NCBI GenBank assembly: GCA_003693705.1
Contig: RBZT01000632.1
Location: 10,091-74,090 of the forward strand
From: Polymyxa betae A26-41
Lineage: Eukaryota > Protista > Endomyxa: Phytomyxea
Direction of reading: 5' to 3'
Length of the DNA stretch: 64,000 nt
Positions 61,701 to 64,000 of this stretch are shown in pieces. The notes beneath the pieces are model-generated. The model saw only the letters and a program-made list of their open reading frames with translations, was not told where the DNA came from and searched no databases. The first letter of the stretch is position 1. Each line of letters opens with the position of its first letter. A program made the translations under genes and the position numbers.

Positions 61701-62562
61701 CCGAACAAGCCATTCTTATTCTGCCCGATCTTCTTGAAAGGCAAAAAGAGTTAGTTACTGTCATTTTCGCTATGGTTTGTTGATATTCTTTGCAGAATAT
61801 CATCACAGCTTGCTTCAATGCGAGGTGATGCTAAAGAGTTGGAACTCAAGCAGAAATTGGCTGAGCTAGTTCAACAACAAGTACGTCGTTGTTGCCAGGA
61901 AGCTTTATTTCCTTAAGTTTTTTTAAGGCATCTGCTCGAGATCTGATCAATTCTTTACCGCAACTCCAACAAGATTTGAAAGCATGCCAAAACGCCTTCG
62001 CTGTTATTCAATGCAGGACACAGGTTATAAATCCGCCGGTATTTTTCCAAAAAGTATCTTTCGGACTCGTTTGAATTGCTTGCAGGATTTGACGTCAACA
62101 GATTCCGAAATCGTTTTGACATTGCAGAATCTATGGGCGGACATTCGCTCATTGATTAGCCGTATATGTCAAGACGATTTTCCTGTCGTGCAGCAGTTAC
62201 GTAGCGAATGGGAACAGCTTCAAGAGCACATTACAGCCATGCAATGCCATTCTACACCGAGGTACACGTTTCGTTCTTGATTTGTTGCAAGTTGATCAAT
62301 GCGTTTTAGTTCTGGAACACTGAAGTTGATCGAAGGGCGAAAGACGTTCACTTCGTTTTTCGCGACATTGAAAAGCTTCATCAAGACGGATCTGCCAAAC
62401 CTCCCATCTCCAGATCCTCGATTGCGTGCCGCTTCTGCCATCTCCATTGTAGCCGACAAACTTTCGTCATCTCCGGACAATCTCGTTCAAGAATTAATCA
62501 ATCAGGCTATCGATAAGGAAAACCTGTCTCGTATGTTCCCAGGATGGGCGCCGTGGGTCTAA
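55787..62562 (+). CDS. SMG1: PIKK family kinase, SMG1-like
   Basis: LKTKTRP, YLLKGKEDLNIDQRILQ, GYLLGIGDRHPGNILL..GEVVHIDF, SLRVPETVPFRLT; long coiled-coil insert before FATC ENLSRMFPGWAPWV; many introns. Confidence 0.82.
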
Positions 62563-62568
62563 CAAGAT

Positions 62569-63322
62569 TCAACTTGTATGTATATTCGCAATTCTGCTTC
62601 GTGTCGAAAATTGTGGATGCAGCCGAACGCCGCTTCGCCATCCTGCTACATGCGTTTCGCCGGTTCCTTTTGCATTTGCTGGACGAGCTTCTGCACATTG
62701 GGCGACAGAGTCTGGACGTTTCTTATTACCGGACGCAGATTGGCTCCACACTTTTGGAATAAATACGAGCAGATCTCCACATGGCCATTCTCGGCAGCGC
62801 AGACCTTTGTTGGGATTTTTAGGAGTTCGAATTAGGGTTTCAAGGTTATAGCATTTACAAAAGGCGTCCAACCGAATCTCTCAACAGCAGTTACGTCAGC
62901 GTTGCCTTTCTCGACTAATAACTGGACAAAATCCATTCTGCCCCGCCAACAAGCAAAATGCAGTGGGGTCCATCCGTTCTGTAAAGATATCTCGATGATG
63001 GATAACTGCATCAAGAAGTGATAGTACCTTGGTAGCAGAGTGAACAGCACCAGGACTCGACTCTATCTCTCTGTCCAACAGTTCTAGGCTGCTTCCTTTC
63101 TCTACCAGAACGTGAACTTGTTCAACCCTTTCTATCACCGTTTAAGGGTGTCGATTGTGAACTTCAAAAACAGATTATCACCCATCGCTTTGCAGATAGT
63201 TGGAGAGCTGCTCGGCTGGCTTCAATTCAACCGTCATCGGGTCAATTTGTTTAGGCGATGGCCCAAGCAGACCATCTTGTTCATCGAATTGACCCCCCTC
63301 CCAAGTTCCTCTATTACCGCAT
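62569..63322 (-). CDS. small ankyrin-repeat protein
   Basis: GWTPLHFACWRGRMDFVQLLVEKGNADV; AAENGHVEICSY. Confidence 0.85.
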
Positions 63323-64000
63323 GATAAAAACTCAATCAAAGGATCGCTTGGACATACATTCCTCTTGAATTATGGAAAAGTCGTAACTTATTTCCCCTAA
63401 CCCAGCTCATCAGATGAGAGAGCACTTCAATGATCGTGATTTCAGTTGAAGAGAATCGGACCTAAGCAGCAATCTAAATATCTTCTTTCTCCGTCACAGT
63501 CATCGTCTATATCTACAATATGTATAAATATAAACGCTCCAGGTCGCCATTCCGCGAGTGCGCAACTTGGATCCCGGGGACCTGGGACCTAATATGCACG
63601 CATATTTTGCGGGACTCTTGAAATATATGCACATATTTCAAGAGCAGGTCTCAGGTGGGTCTCCTCTATTCAATAATTCCGTAACTTTTTCCATTACAGA
63701 GAATTTGCTCCAAAGATTTTTCTTTTGCAGTGAGCTTAGGGTTAGTCATCGTTGTGGCCGATCCGGCTAGGCCCGCTTCTGTCATCCTTTCGACATAGAG
63801 GCCGGTCGCCTTTTGATTACAATAGGAACATCGATGGTCGGTGTAGGAGTTTCCGGGTTGACTACGTTCGGGAGCTACAGCTGTCCACTTATTAAGTACT
63901 GTACAGCATCGAAGCAGACTGCAGACATATCGTCCTGCAGCTTCGTCTGTCCTCGCAAATCGTCGAGCTGCCTATTGTTAAAGGAATCTCAAGACCTGGG

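Noticed and set aside
1-64000. CGATCG/GATC (HIP1-like) enrichment
   Set aside because: Roughly two-fold by eye and plausibly due to codon usage; cannot be supported without computation

Overview
Gene-dense eukaryotic nuclear DNA with about 28 protein genes. Most are split by very short (about 35-60 nt) GT-AG introns and separated by tiny intergenic gaps, so the ORF track shows exon fragments and my exon/start coordinates are approximate. Flagellar genes (AK7, a SAXO/MIP-like protein), chitin-related and secreted proteins, and TTTAGGG/TTTTAGGG-type repeats suggest a compact-genome flagellated protist, possibly a plasmodiophorid (inference, not verified). Recognisable genes: GH19 chitinase, CPT/EPT, Ser/Thr kinase, type II PI4K, MATE, AKR, HAUS4, divergent alpha-tubulin, AK7, stand-alone Ty3/Gypsy-like gag, BMT5-like methyltransferase, lipoxygenase, DUF3293, APC transporter, ELM2-PHD-ARID protein, COQ8, bZIP, FAN1, LMBR1, mS34, AK6, SMG1, ankyrin protein. 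The most unusual part is a GC/CpG-rich block at about 20.8-37 kb. It combines telomere-like repeat arrays inside many small introns, a strongly over-represented frame-independent 9-mer (GTACTGGCC), a microtubule/flagellar gene cluster with an alpha-tubulin carrying a natural E254D change at the catalytic residue, and an intact gag-only gene. No rRNA, tRNA or CRISPR array was seen.
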